The position numbers and the translations under genes are program-made. Under the pieces are notes generated by a model. That model was not told the origin of the DNA and searched no databases. It worked only from the letters and a program-made list of their open reading frames with translations. Shown here one piece after another: positions 48,993-62,144 of a stretch of 64,000 nt of DNA. The stretch is from Phoronis australis (taxonomy: Eukaryota; Animalia; Phoronida), in assembly GCA_002633005.1 (NCBI GenBank), contig NMRA01000025.1:1444548-1508547 (forward strand). Reading direction: 5' to 3'. Numbering within the stretch: the first letter of the stretch is position 1; the number at the start of each line of letters is the position of its first letter.

Positions 48993-51917
48993 CTGTAATG
49001 ATACAGGTTAATTTTGATGCATTTTCGACTCTTACTATGGGTACGCATCCTTTCCCCATATCACAAACTCTCCCAGCACACCAAAAGCCCTTGCCACGGA
49101 ACTTGAACCACACTTGGGTACTCTTACCTAAGACAATTTTCAGTGCAAATGACAAAAAACACATAAAACCTGGGTTGCACACTTCGGTTACAAAAAGCAA
49201 CTATTAGTCCAGCCTCTACTACAGTGTTTCAATTTAGACAACATAGTGTTGTGGAATTGGTCTCAAACTGTTTCTTAGCCAAACTTTACATGATTTCTGG
49301 CTTTGTAAGATGAGGCTCTTCAAGTTGACTTTTTGAGTCATTTCATTGTTGAGCATGGTGACACAGAATAACCAACTGTCATTTCTTTGCAAGACAAAAA
49401 ATCACTTCTCATCTGAGTAAGGACCAGTTTGAGACAATTCGATAACAGCACAGGGACTAATTCATACTTTAATTCCTTTGATGGAACATACCGTAGGTTT
49501 AATAACGTGTTAATTGCACTAAAAATTGTCTGCGGTAAGAGTTTCCGCGGCAAACATTTTGTGCGTGGTTAGGCTTTGTGGAGCGTGGTAAGATTCAAAG
49601 TATGCATTGCAGAGAGAGTGAAATATACCAGTTTCACCAAAAAAGCCTTCACAAAAGGTAAAAATCCTCTCTACTATAAAAAAACCTATAAACTCATTCA
49701 ACGAACACTGAGCAAACAATTTGTAATTGGATACCTTCACTTTCATGGATTACAATTCTTTAAATATCTTTTAAAATACAACTCTTCAACTTATGAAACC
49801 TTATATTTTTCAAATTCTTGATGATCACAGAAACCTAATGTGCACATGAAAATAATGCCTTACTGTTTGTAGTCATGTGATTGTGTTTCCTTAAAAATTG
49901 TGATTTTTCCAAGTTCGGCGCGGGCTAAGTCGCAGCTGCCATATACGTGACAGATTTCGCATGCAACTCAAAAATTTCATCTGTAAATTGTATTATGTAC
50001 AATCCGGGTGTCTGGATAAAAATTAGCAAAGCCTATTTAGACCAAAAACCCAGTCGTCAAGAACCTAGACCTTGAATATTTTTTTAATGGCTGCCTTCCC
50101 CTCCAGTTTTTCAGAAATAGTTTTACATTTGTGCTGGATTTTAGCTGATTCTCAATTTTAAAAAGGCTGTCATGCTTCCAACCTTTGACTGATTGAATCC
50201 CTGAGTCTCAAAAACTTTCTAGCCATCTCGGCATAACGATAATACAAAATTCAAACACCTAAATGGCCAAACTCCGCTTAATAACTGCTATCAGTATGCA
50301 GTTTGTTTTTTTTTTGGGGGGTGGGTTAACCATCACCAGCTGTACTGCGTTGTTGGACATGGAGCCTGAACTTTAAGTGACCTGAAGGTGACATGTTTCA
50401 ACAACCTGGGTTAGCCAAGGGCCATGATTGCAAAAATAAAAGCAAATAAAAAACAAATTTGTTGATGAAATTGGGAGTATTTTTTATGAAAAAAATCCAA
50501 CAAACTGTTGAAGTGCTGCCCGAGACAAACTCCTGCAATTCTCTTGAACTTTGGGTGTTTTATTCATGCTTCTTTGTGGCTAAACATGTCCCAAGTCAGC
50601 TACATTCATTCACTTTCACTGTCAAAAGTACGAACTACTGTATTAGATCATACTGCAAGCGATTTCTGAGAACTGGACATTGCTCAATTCACTAAAATCA
50701 AAATTCATGGACCATCATTTTCTAGCACCGAAAACAACTCAACACTCAGTCTTCTGGAAGAAGGCTTGTTCTAAGACTGAAAGTTAGATAAAGCTTCCTA
50801 CCTGTCATATTGAAACACTGGTAAGTTATGAATGCAGAAAAAATTCCTCAATTTGGGACCAGAAAGCGTTGCTTTTTAATTTTTCTTACTACTTCTCATT
50901 ACATTACTGCAAGAATTTAAAAAAATTCACAGTGGTTTGGTGACACCTGTATGGCACATAACAGGCTACCAACAAAGCAAAGTTTTCTTTACAATTATTT
51001 CTGTAGAGAAATATCAGGAAATAAAAATAAAATTCTACACCATCATTTCTAAAATCAATTAGTCTATTTTCACCAACCTTTAACATATTTACATTGCCCT
51101 GAGGTTAGAAAACAAGTATTTCGTCTGAATTTGGCAAATATTGAGACAACTCGATTTACGTGGTGACACATTATCCACTTGTTACACCTCAAGGGTAAAT
51201 CAATTTCCTTAGTTTGTCTTTAGATCTGAAGAAACTGAAAGCCAATGTTTGACAAGATGTGATAAGAGAACGTTCACCACACACAAGAATTATTTTCACT
51301 TAATGAAGCAAATTCATTTTCAAAAGAGTGAGGTATGCTTTCAAATCCAGGGTCTGGACCAATTTCAAGTCGCAGAGTAGTTGCAAATATCTGACCAGGG
51401 ACATTGTATTTTTTCAGCACCTTCTGCAGTGCATTAACAACACATGTGTTGTTGCAATTGGCACTCAATCAAACTACAGTCATCATACTTCCATTCTATG
51501 CAACAATAAATTTCAAAAGAACCGTGTCTCCTAGCTTTAAGAGTCATATCACGGCATTGTTTACCTACGCAGGCGAAGCGACAGGCATGGCGGCAAACTC
51601 AAATCACTCGAATGATGGAAGTCCACACTAAGTGGAAGTACTTCATAGTCTCAAACCAAGACTAGCATAAAAGTCTTGTGTAGACCTCAAAAAGGAGGCC
51701 ATTTGGTCAGATTTTTTGCAGTACTAAGATACAATTTTTATGGGTACCTTAACATTACAAATTGTTTCCAATCATCACAGTTGTATTGCAAGCCAACATA
51801 AAATGTTACTTAATGATTGATAATCTGGGTTGCGGGCAAGATGATCACAGCTTGTGTTGATTGGCCAGAGTGGTAAAATTTCATGTTTAGCTGATTCAGG
51901 TTCACCAGTTGACTTAA

Positions 51918-53603
51918 AGGAGAATGCCACCCGATTTAATTAGTCTTTTTTGTCGTCTTAATCGGTCAGAATCCACATCGCCTCGCATACAGTCGACCTT
52001 ACCTTGCCAAGAGGTGTCGCGTTAACCTGTGAGGAAGGTGAGAAACGACGCGGCGTCAGTGGTTCATCTGCAGAGTGAATGCCGCTATGTTGCGGTGCAT
52101 CGTTCCCGCTTGTCCGAACTATGCAGCTGCGAGGGAAGCGGGTATATTGTTTTTTCGACTTCCTCGAGAGACCGAAATGCTTAGGAAGTGGCTCATGGTA
52201 GTGAAGAATGAAAAGTACACTGTAAATAGCAAGTATGAGGCCGTGATTGAAACATCTCCGTGTCTGTGGCCTGCAGTCGTCGACAGTGCCTGACGAATGC
52301 CGGCTTACCAAATAACTATCCAATCCATACGTTCCGTTGTCTGAGCTTGTTCACGGCGCCTCTCTAGTATTTCTTCATCATTGTATTCCTGTTTGAATTG
52401 ATAGCCTGTGAAATTTAACGATCCACCTGCGAAGTCTTCATAGGAATCGACTGATGAGCTCTCGTTTAAGTCGGGATTGCCAGTTGTCATTTTGATGTTT
52501 ATTACTGAGTGTTCTGTTTCAAAATGAATTATTCTCACCCTAACCAATACTTATATAAAACTGAAACAAAGTCTGCCTCATTAGACACAATTTGTAATGC
52601 CTTTGGAGTGTTTGTGAGTGCAAATGATTCGAGAAGCCAGCCGCGTGAATAAATCACTGCGTTACCGGCTTTAGGTGCAATAAAACTAATTGACGGGATG
52701 ACACCGAGGCCATGTGAGCTCATGCTAATTTAGTGTTTGCTGGCAGAAACTGTTGTGAAACAACTCAGTCGATTTCCACCCCACGGCCTGGTGTTAGGGG
52801 AGTCTTTATTTACATTTACATTATTAAAATAATGATTGTCAATGTACAATTTCTGCCCTGACGGTGTAATGGCCAAAGCGGAACCTAAATTCGCGGCTCC
52901 CGACGCGGAGTAAGTAGATTTGCAGTTTCGTGGGTAATTCACCAACATAATCGCGTGCGCATTACGAGTATAGTATTTTCTTGACTGGAAGTTCAGTTTC
53001 CAACTTTGGCTGGTTTATATTCCTAATGTCTGATTAGTTTCCAAGCCACTGGCCGGGATGACGAGTCAATCCGGCTGAACGCGACGGGCCTGATCAGGCT
53101 CCGAGCCACTGGCCAGAATAACAAGCGTCTTAGAACTCAAAAAATCACAAGACAGTCTAAACAACACAGATCTGGGTTCTCCTGTCTGTATCTCATGGTA
53201 AATACTTCGAATTTGTCTCCGAACAGAACAGAAAATCCTGCTACGGACATTATTGGCCTGCCGAACTTTGGAGGCTATGGTATGTCCAAATACCAATAAA
53301 TCCGTAACAGCGAAATAAAACAACACGTTTTTATAAGAACTTGGTGTATTTTTAAGGGTTTCACATCGAAGTTTGATGATTTATTGGTGTTAAACGATGA
53401 ATTCAAGCGATAAGCTGACACCAGTTACCCATGTTGTGAACTGCTGAACAGACTGCGTGTGAAACCAATTTCGTCACTGGATAATTTTAAAACCTCCGTC
53501 TGCCGTCAGGTGTCAGGTAACGCAACCGTACGTGCCATTATGGAGTAGAACTACTCGATCTTAATTGATACAAATTAGGTTGTTTTTTGGGTGGCATGCT
53601 CCT
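51918..53603 (+). mobile_element. Non-autonomous Kolobok-like DNA transposon in PNP intron 2
   Basis: TTAA at both flanks; TIRs AGGAGAATGCCACCC / GGGTGGCATGCTCCT; frameshifted THAP remnant (52075-52293, +) and an opposite-strand ORF remnant with GYQFKQEYNDEEILERRR. Confidence 0.8.
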
Positions 53604-54590
53604 TTAATCCTTGATTGACCAATGAAGTACCCGATGCTAGAGATGTTCACCAGACTTGAAAGTTTTTAGGGTTTAGGTTCGAGATTAAGACAGTGAGACA
53701 ATTTATTTTATATAAAAGTAATTATTGAGCACGTAAAGAACAAGCCACAGGAATTTTTTCAAGAGAAACTTTCACAGCATCCTTAACGTGCATCAATTTG
53801 ACCAAAGCACTTGTGGCACTCGTGGAAGCTTTTTGACAGGATGTCTTTCAATCACATGAACCACAATATTTGAACTGTACAAAAAAGCAGAGAGTTTACC
53901 CTTATACTTTTCCTTTAGTGTTTTTAACGACTTAATGACATTAATGTGGCAGATTAGCCCTAGAATTCTGGTATTTTTTAATTTGGATTTTCACTTTTCT
54001 CAAGTTGTATATTTAGCTAAGCCAATATATGACGAGTCTGTCAGGTAGCACCTAGCCTTGCGACAAATTCTTTGAACTTTAGTTTAGTAAACTTAGATCT
54101 CGAAGATCAGGGGTGGCCAAGACAACTGTCTGGTTTAGGTTAAGTGTTCACGTTCGGGTAAGCCCCCAACCCTAATATCTTGGTTTAACGACGATCCCCC
54201 AAATTTCCAGGCTCACCACTTAAAGCACCCAGGCATTAACCTAAAAGTTTACATTAAAAGAAAAGGCCAAGCCAAAATTAATTTTTTTTTGTATCACAGT
54301 ATTAAACACCTTTAACCTCAGCAATATAAATGACATTAACAAAATACGGTACAACAGTATGAGATAACGCCTCTCCCACTGCCATACTACCTGGGCCCCC
54401 AAGGTTAACAGATTTTACTTGAGAAATTCAAAAAATGTTTAATCCTCTCTTGTGACATTCCAAACCTGGAGCTGTGCAATGGGATTGGTCAATTTTTAGT
54501 AGAGTATCGTTTACATATTTGATATAACCATGGATTTGTTAAAAACAAACAAGACCGACCGAAAGTTAGTGGTCAGTCTCACAATCTCAC

Positions 54591-54760
54591 CAGTGCTCAC
54601 TGGAAAGTTGGGTATTTCCTTGTAGGGAATGAACTCTTTGTCTTCCAAAATGTCTGCTAGCCCACCCAGTCCTGATCCACATATGATACCTAGCTTCGGC
54701 CGATGAGATGTCCTCTCTATGATGATGTTGGCAATCTTTTCGATTTCTTCATAGTTGTGA
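54591..54760 (-). CDS. PNP: PNP exon 2
   Basis: HNYEEIEKIANIIIERTSHRPKLGIICGSGLGGLAD...YKEIPNFPVST; 170 bp. Confidence 0.95.
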
Positions 54761-57700
54761 CTGTGAAGCAGAAAAGAAACATTGTCTAAAGGTACAGGTT
54801 ACAAAAACGGTGCGCACTCATCCCAAATAAATTGAAAATTTAGGGAGGTCATTCTAGCAACATCAGCCACGTAAACATCCACCATGCGGATGTATTAGTG
54901 GACCAATAATTTGTTGCTTGTTGGCCTACCACATCGCTGCACACATCACCACATCCCATATTCCAATAACAGGGTGACCCTCATCACCAACACTAATAAA
55001 TTGATCCTTTTGTTGCAGTAAGCGATGTAGTCAATTCAAATTTCCATTACTCTGTACTCTGGTCTATATATCCAGTTTCGTTTTCATCTATCTTAGGTCG
55101 CAAAAATCTACCATGTCAAAATAGCCAACTTGATCAAGCACTACATTGACATAGATGATCAATCACCTGGTCAATGTGCTGAATGGAGAGCTGTGCCTAC
55201 TGGTTTCAGAAGTCATTGACCTCAGATAGGACAATAGGAATGCTGGATGTTAGCCAAACAACTTGTATTGTGCCAAACTGGTTCTTCCTTTGTAGGTTGG
55301 ATGTCTATGGGCAACACTTGTATTTGGCCACTGAGCCAATGAGATTAATTTTCCCTTGCAAAATTGTTCTCACCCCAGTCGCCAGAGCCTTTTCATATCA
55401 AGTTAAATCCAGCACTAGCGAAGTGCCAACAAAAACTACAAAGTTAACTTGAGCATTCCTATTATCTTTGGTAGTTAACAAACATCAGAGTAATCGCTAG
55501 ATGATGGGTTTGTCACCAAAGTTATCACAAGCAATATCACCTTCATTATTGAGACAGCAGTGATCCCTATCAGTAATTTTGACAGAGACTTAAGTTGAGC
55601 ATTTGCCACAGCAATGATTCACTGTTACATCCTTCTGCTAACTGTGTAGTTAACTTGAACCATTGACTTCAATGTTTGACTGAATCTAAGCGTTCCCACT
55701 GACCTGGGAGTAATATACATATTGGTCCTAGCACTGACCGACGCTCTCCTAAACACCGAAGTGTCAACATTAGTGGGAAAGGCCTTTAATACCATGACTT
55801 TCCCATTTAGGGAACTCCGGCCAATTGCAACTCCACTGCGACTCCACTTACCTTTCTCATTGACTGGCGAAATCAGGGTTAGTGTCTGCAGTTTTATAGA
55901 TTAAACACCAGATGACATATTTGAATTGCTCTTGGGCTAATGGATTCGAGATCAATAAATATCTATCGCCATTTACGAAGAATAACGCCAGACTGGTCAA
56001 TGTTATTCTCTGTTATATGTACGTTATCCTATTCATTTACGTGCAACTACTGAGAGTGGGAATAACGAATGTCTCATTGGCTCTCGCATGATTGATGTCG
56101 CAACCTCTAGCGATTACTCCAGCTGAAATAGACTTAATGTTTTCCACTGCAGCAGAGTTGCTGTATTCGCCCTAGTAAGCGCCCATGCCCCTGTAAGCAC
56201 CCCCCACGCGTTTTCAGACTTTGCAAAAATAAGCGCCCAATCCATGAACTTGGAATGCCGTGTACATGCAAAAAATGCCTTACCTACAGTTCTAAAATTC
56301 TACAGCAACGTCTTCAATTTATCAATAAAAACCGACAGTCCTGAAAAAATCATTGTGCGCGGAATTTGTAGACCACGAGCCTCGCCGCTATATCAGTATT
56401 TAGCCGTGACTATACACTTCAAACTTCTGCCGTGCTTCAAAAAGAACGCAAGCGCGAATTGAAGACCAAGAAAAACTTGACCTTTGTTCAGTTAAAAGCA
56501 CGTGGCCAGGAAGTGCGCTACTGACAAGTATCTGTCATCGAAGATTAGTCTTCGGGAACTATCTATTCATGAAACGGGTAGCATACATCGGTAAGAAATA
56601 AGTACTGGCACTTATTTCTTCTTAGTGTGTTTCTGAATCTGGGAGTAATGTGAACATTATAGTCCTAGTTTTGAATGCAATATATTTTAAACGAGACCAC
56701 TAGTACAGTGTAATTTCTCACATGAACTGGAATGTGTTACGACACGGCTGGGTAATAACACAGAGAACGTATTTTTTTATGTTACATTGGTGAATCACAA
56801 AGTAGTGCAAAGTAGAAATCCATGTGCCTTACATTTTATCGTCTGCAAAACACCAACAACCAAACAATGCTGAAATTGCGTGAAGGTGACAATATAACAT
56901 CCAAAGCAGCAGCATCGTGTACACGTACCTACTTCCCAGTCGGAAGTACACGCATACAGCTTCTTAAGCAACCCATCTTTGGCAGTGAATTCCATCCACG
57001 TTCATTCAAACAGAGACAAACCCCAACTCAAGAAACCACGCGGTGAGAGTGACTATAGATTCTGACTAGCTGTGCTGTCTCAAGGTCAATTCAGTGCTCA
57101 CTTGGGGAAGCCCTGCTAACTGTGTTACTGGGTATTGATAAACATTTCTTAAGTTTTAGTATTACAACTTCAAAGACTATTAAATTCTAACTAGAACGTT
57201 TGTTAGGAAAGCTAAATGCAATTTACAATTATCAGGTTTAAAATGAAATTATTTACAAAAAGTAATAGGGTTTAATTTGTATTGCGCAAGCGGGCTTTTA
57301 TAAAAGTTGCGTCATGCGGTTGAAAGTTTTAGACACGTCGAGTTTTTTGGCAAAAAGATCGTTTTTATGGTTCATGTGAGAAAACAAATCCTACACTCAT
57401 CTCAGGCTTATGACATGGGCAAAACCTCTCGGAAATTTCTTCAAAATCCCACAGAAAGCCTCGGGATACTTTAAAATGGGCGCCTACGGTGTAGTTAAGA
57501 ACATTTACACGTGCACAATCAATAAACAGCACGCCCAAAGCCACGGTAACATTGAAAGTTTTAAATATTCTTTTCTTGAAGTTAATTACAAACAAGACCA
57601 TCCCGGATTACTTTGCAACACTCGAATCCCGCTGTATTTACCCACAATGCCTCAAACATCCATTGGGCATATTTGCTGCCTCGTTTTCGTGTTATTAGTT

Positions 57701-59414
57701 GTAGTCTGATCCTTTGCAAGTTTTTCTCAGTTGCATTACTCAATTCATCCTTCCAATGTCAACAAAGTATTATTGCTGTACTGTGGGCAGCAATTCCGAC
57801 AAGAGAAAGTTTGATAAACTGGACAAATACCCGCGGAAGTGTGATGGGTGAAGTTCTTCACCTTCCCGACATCAATGCGGACCAAGTGGGTAAAATAAGT
57901 TCATCGGATTAATTTTGAGCCAAACAGAATTCCGTTTCTTGAAGACACCCGTTCAATTCTATTATTTTTTAACAGCAGAAATCGGGAATATTTCCACCGC
58001 CCCTCGCCGTTTTACAACATGATCTGCGAAAATGTGCCGGATTTCCAAAATGAGATCACGCGTTTTCATATCTCCGGGACAAAGAAGAGTTCTATCATCG
58101 TGTAATCTGAGACTTCCCTATTGCCAATGCAATGCCTTTGTTGAACTTATTTCTAAACTAACATGCCCATGTGGCAGTGAAATCCCCGCCATAACCTGGG
58201 GTAACACTAATACCTGCCTATACTTGAAGACGATATATTCCTAATGGATCAACAAAACATTTTAAATGAGTTAGCGCCTTGTGACTTAATTGTACTCTTT
58301 TCTTGGAATGTGTATCAAACGTAACTTCAAGCCTTGGGATTAGTCCACCAGTGTATAGGCTATGCAAGGATGGCATACAAACAAATACCTCGTTTACACT
58401 GCAAAATTTAATTCTGCTTACCGTAGCCCTCTTTGTGGCTCAAGTCAGTTTGCAGAGCATGTAGTACCAGCTTAGTTGTAATCAACTCATTAAGCCAAAT
58501 TTGCTTGAGGAGATGTGTTCAAGCTGAATTAAGTGTTAGCCGATACATACCGCTAAGTGTAAAGAAGCAACATAAGTTTCATTCAGCAACATCTATGAAC
58601 ACCGTTGTTTTGGTTCATGTTTGACACGAAATTGAGGAAAATTCATCAAAATCTAACCCAAACATGAGAGGTACCTGAGACTGTTGACAAGCATCAGGCA
58701 CACCTGGGACTGTTGCTAAGCATCAGAGACACTTGGGACAGTTGCCAGCACTGTTTGTTGTCTGCCCCTTGACAAGTAAGATATCATTCCCTATATAGTA
58801 CGGTAATCAAATTAGGGACTCTGAAAATTTAATTATTTTGCTCATGGTCGAAGCTTGTCCCAAATTCTAGAAACACTGGAAGTCCCAAATTCAAGAATCA
58901 TCGGAAAACCAAAATTACAAACTCTGAAGATTGAAAACACAGTGTTCGAAGTTTAAGAAATACAACGAATACCAAAATCGCCCTTTCGAAAATTCAAGAA
59001 TGAAGAAAACTTTTTGCGACAGTTTCTGTGTCCCAAATTCTAAAGACTCCCAAATTGGAGAATTTTTATTGTAGGCTGCCAGTATGATGTCCCCAGTCAC
59101 TGGTTTTCTGGTGATACTGTTAAAGTAAGCAATTCAACAAAAAATCAACTAAATGACATTCAAATGTTTTCCTATAGTGAGGAACTTTGATACGCAATGA
59201 AAAAATAGATTCTATTTGTTATTTCTCATTTCGTTATGGCCTAAACATAATGTTCTTGAATAAAACCAGTCATGTTTTTGGAATTAGTAAAGCAATATGA
59301 AGTAGTAACTGCATATCATTTAGTCATTTATAGGCAGCATTAACTATTTAGCAAACTTGATGACAAACAGCGCAATTTGTGTAGAACTGCTTCTCCTAAA
59401 TAATACAGTATAAA

Positions 59415-59661
59415 CACGTTATGCAACATGTGTTTGTACCAGTGTCTGATGGATTCTTGATATCTGCACGTTATGCAACATGTGTCTGTACCAGTGTCTT
59501 ATCGATTCTTGATATCTGCATGTTGTGCAACATGTGTCTGTACCAGTGTCTTATCCATTCTTTATATCTGCATGTTGTGCAGATACATGTTGTACAGGTA
59601 CATGTTGTAAAGGTACATGTTGTGCAGGTACATGCTGTGCAGGTACATGCTGTGCAGGTAC
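59415..59661. repeat. Degenerate ~51-bp repeats grading into a 15-bp (ACATGYTGTGCAGGT)n array
   Basis: Directly visible tandem units. Confidence 0.75.
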
Positions 59662-62112
59662 GGTATATTTCGTGACGTAATTGCCACAAATGCAAAGATG
59701 CAAGCCGTACTACATAACGAGATATTAAAATGCTGTTATCGGCAATGTTAAAGGGAGGTAACAAAACAACGAGAAACCGGTAAAATGTACATTAACATGG
59801 CCTGAAGTATCACCCTTGCAAACCTCTTTAATTGAAGATTGGGTGTGTACAATATATCTTTCCAAACCAACACAAGACAATTCCACACACATTCGCCAAC
59901 CATCCTGTTTTTCACGGGTTCATCACCCTTTGTACCACATTCTACCACAGCATCAGAATGTCCTTTCTTGCAAATGAGACGAAATTTATGAATATATATT
60001 TTTGTGCTTCTCATGATTCACCCAGCTTATATTCTTGAGCCCTACTTCACAGACATGACCAAAAAAAGAAAAAATTCATCAGGATGTTTCTGTGAGTTGA
60101 AGAATTGTCCCTGACGTGTTCCAGCCAATTAAAGATGTCCTGCTTTTTCATTCTTGAATGTTGTCAACAATGGTCCCTGTACTAAAAGGGGTACCAGGGA
60201 GAGAAATAGGGTCACCAGTATGAAGACCTCAGGATAATGGGTAGCAAATCTGACATCTCGCTTTATACTGCCGTTAACACTTCAAAAGTTGACACTGATC
60301 AGCTGACACAGTTGTTCCAGTGTGTAAACGGGACTGACACAAAAATTGACAACGCGGTGACAAATTTTGCTCCCCCCCTTGTGAGATCAGAGCAATTTGC
60401 GCTCGAACATCATGCTCCATGTCAATTATATGTCTTAACGTGAAACTGGGGCAAGGCGGAAAGGATCATCTCTACTGCACTTGCCTAATGACATACGTAC
60501 TCTACAACTCTCGTCATTTGTAAACCTGCGCATGTGCGATCCAGTCTCTCCAGCCTACAATTTTCGTCTTGCCACAGTTAGTGGGTTGCGTGTGTAAATG
60601 GCCGCTTGACACGGGTCAGTTTGCTCCGTGTCAGTTGCGCCGGGCCAAAAGTTGATGTCTAAATGGGACTTATGGTATAGAGGTGGGTTTGATAATAATT
60701 ATATACAAGAATGTATCAAGATCCCCCCCACTGGACAATGAGGTCATTCGGTGAATGTTGAATATGTTTACCATTTAAAGTCTGAATGTTCACAATGAAT
60801 GACCACAATGAATGACCACAATGAATGACCACTGACAAAGTATTAACAACAATAACATGGCCACCCAGTGAGTAAACATTCAACATTTTCAAATTATTTT
60901 TCCATGAAAATACTTGTAGGTACTATTTTGACAATAAAATGCGGTTTGCCTTGATTCCAATTGATACACAAAACAATTAAACATTGGTTTGTATGTTTAC
61001 ATCAAAGTTCTTGGTGTTAACTCTTAAAATTGTTTCATAGTTAATCTAGGTCATGTAACCAGGTCATCCACAAACTCGGTCAAAAATCTAGACTTAGATA
61101 TCAATCAGCAGCCCTACAACTTTGAGAATCAGAGCAAAGATTTAAAGCAATTCAATCTTTAGATGGGGATGTCGCCGTCATGCATTGGCATCAAGACGTG
61201 AAATTTAAAGTAATCCTGTTACTTTCTCCACTAAAATTTTAATCACAAAAATTCTGTATCAGAATTAAACTGTATTCTGAATTAAACCAAATGTGCCTGC
61301 GCTAATATACCAGCAAAATTTTAATTCATGATTTACCACTGGTTTTGTACCCAATTAATAATAGCCTGTCAATGCCTACCCATTACAGGAAATAGGAGCG
61401 TCAAAAATACCAGTATTCCGGCAGTCCCAGGAATCCTGGGGGACAGGAACCTTTGGGAAATTAATAACTTTATTTTTCCCTGAAATAATTACATGATTTC
61501 GAAATACATGGGAAGACATTATTGAGTAGGCCCTGGCCTAGGCTTAGGCCTACTGAAAGATTCCTGTGCCTGTGGTTGTGGTTACATTTTTGAGATATCA
61601 TGTAGACCCAAAGAAGAAACTTTCTACCAGTACACTTCGGACTTGTCAAACAGTAGCAGTAGCTTATTAGCATAGCAGGTGGTTTGGAACAGGCACACTG
61701 GTTGCACTGGGGGTATCCGTGCACAGGGCGATATTGCCTACCGGTGGACATTACTGTGTCACCCGTGAACAAGGCGTGCAATCCAATATTTTGACGTCAT
61801 TCGAACACACCTCCAACTTGAACCAATCACGGAATAGCAACATCGAGTGGACATCGGGAGTCTTAAACTTGACCTTCGTCTAAATAAATGAGAATAATGA
61901 ATGAAAAAATCGTATGAATAACTCTAGTGCCTGGATTTTCACTTACTGCAACTACTTCAGAGTTGTAAATGTGAATACGAGTCGGGGCATGGAACAGTAA
62001 ACAACAAGACATCGGTCGTAGCCGTGCGTAGGCCATGCCAGGGTCGTATGTCAGTAGGTTGTTGAAAATCAGTGATGTCACAAAAATCGCCGCTCAGTAA
62101 AGTGTAACTCAC

Positions 62113-62144
62113 CCGTTATGGACCACCAATCCATTCCTTGACAT
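62113..62144 (-). CDS. PNP: PNP exon 1 (start codon)
   Basis: caagATG, MSRNGLVVHNG, GG|GTGAGT phase-2 donor joins exon 2 in frame; total CDS 885 nt (294 aa). Confidence 0.75.
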
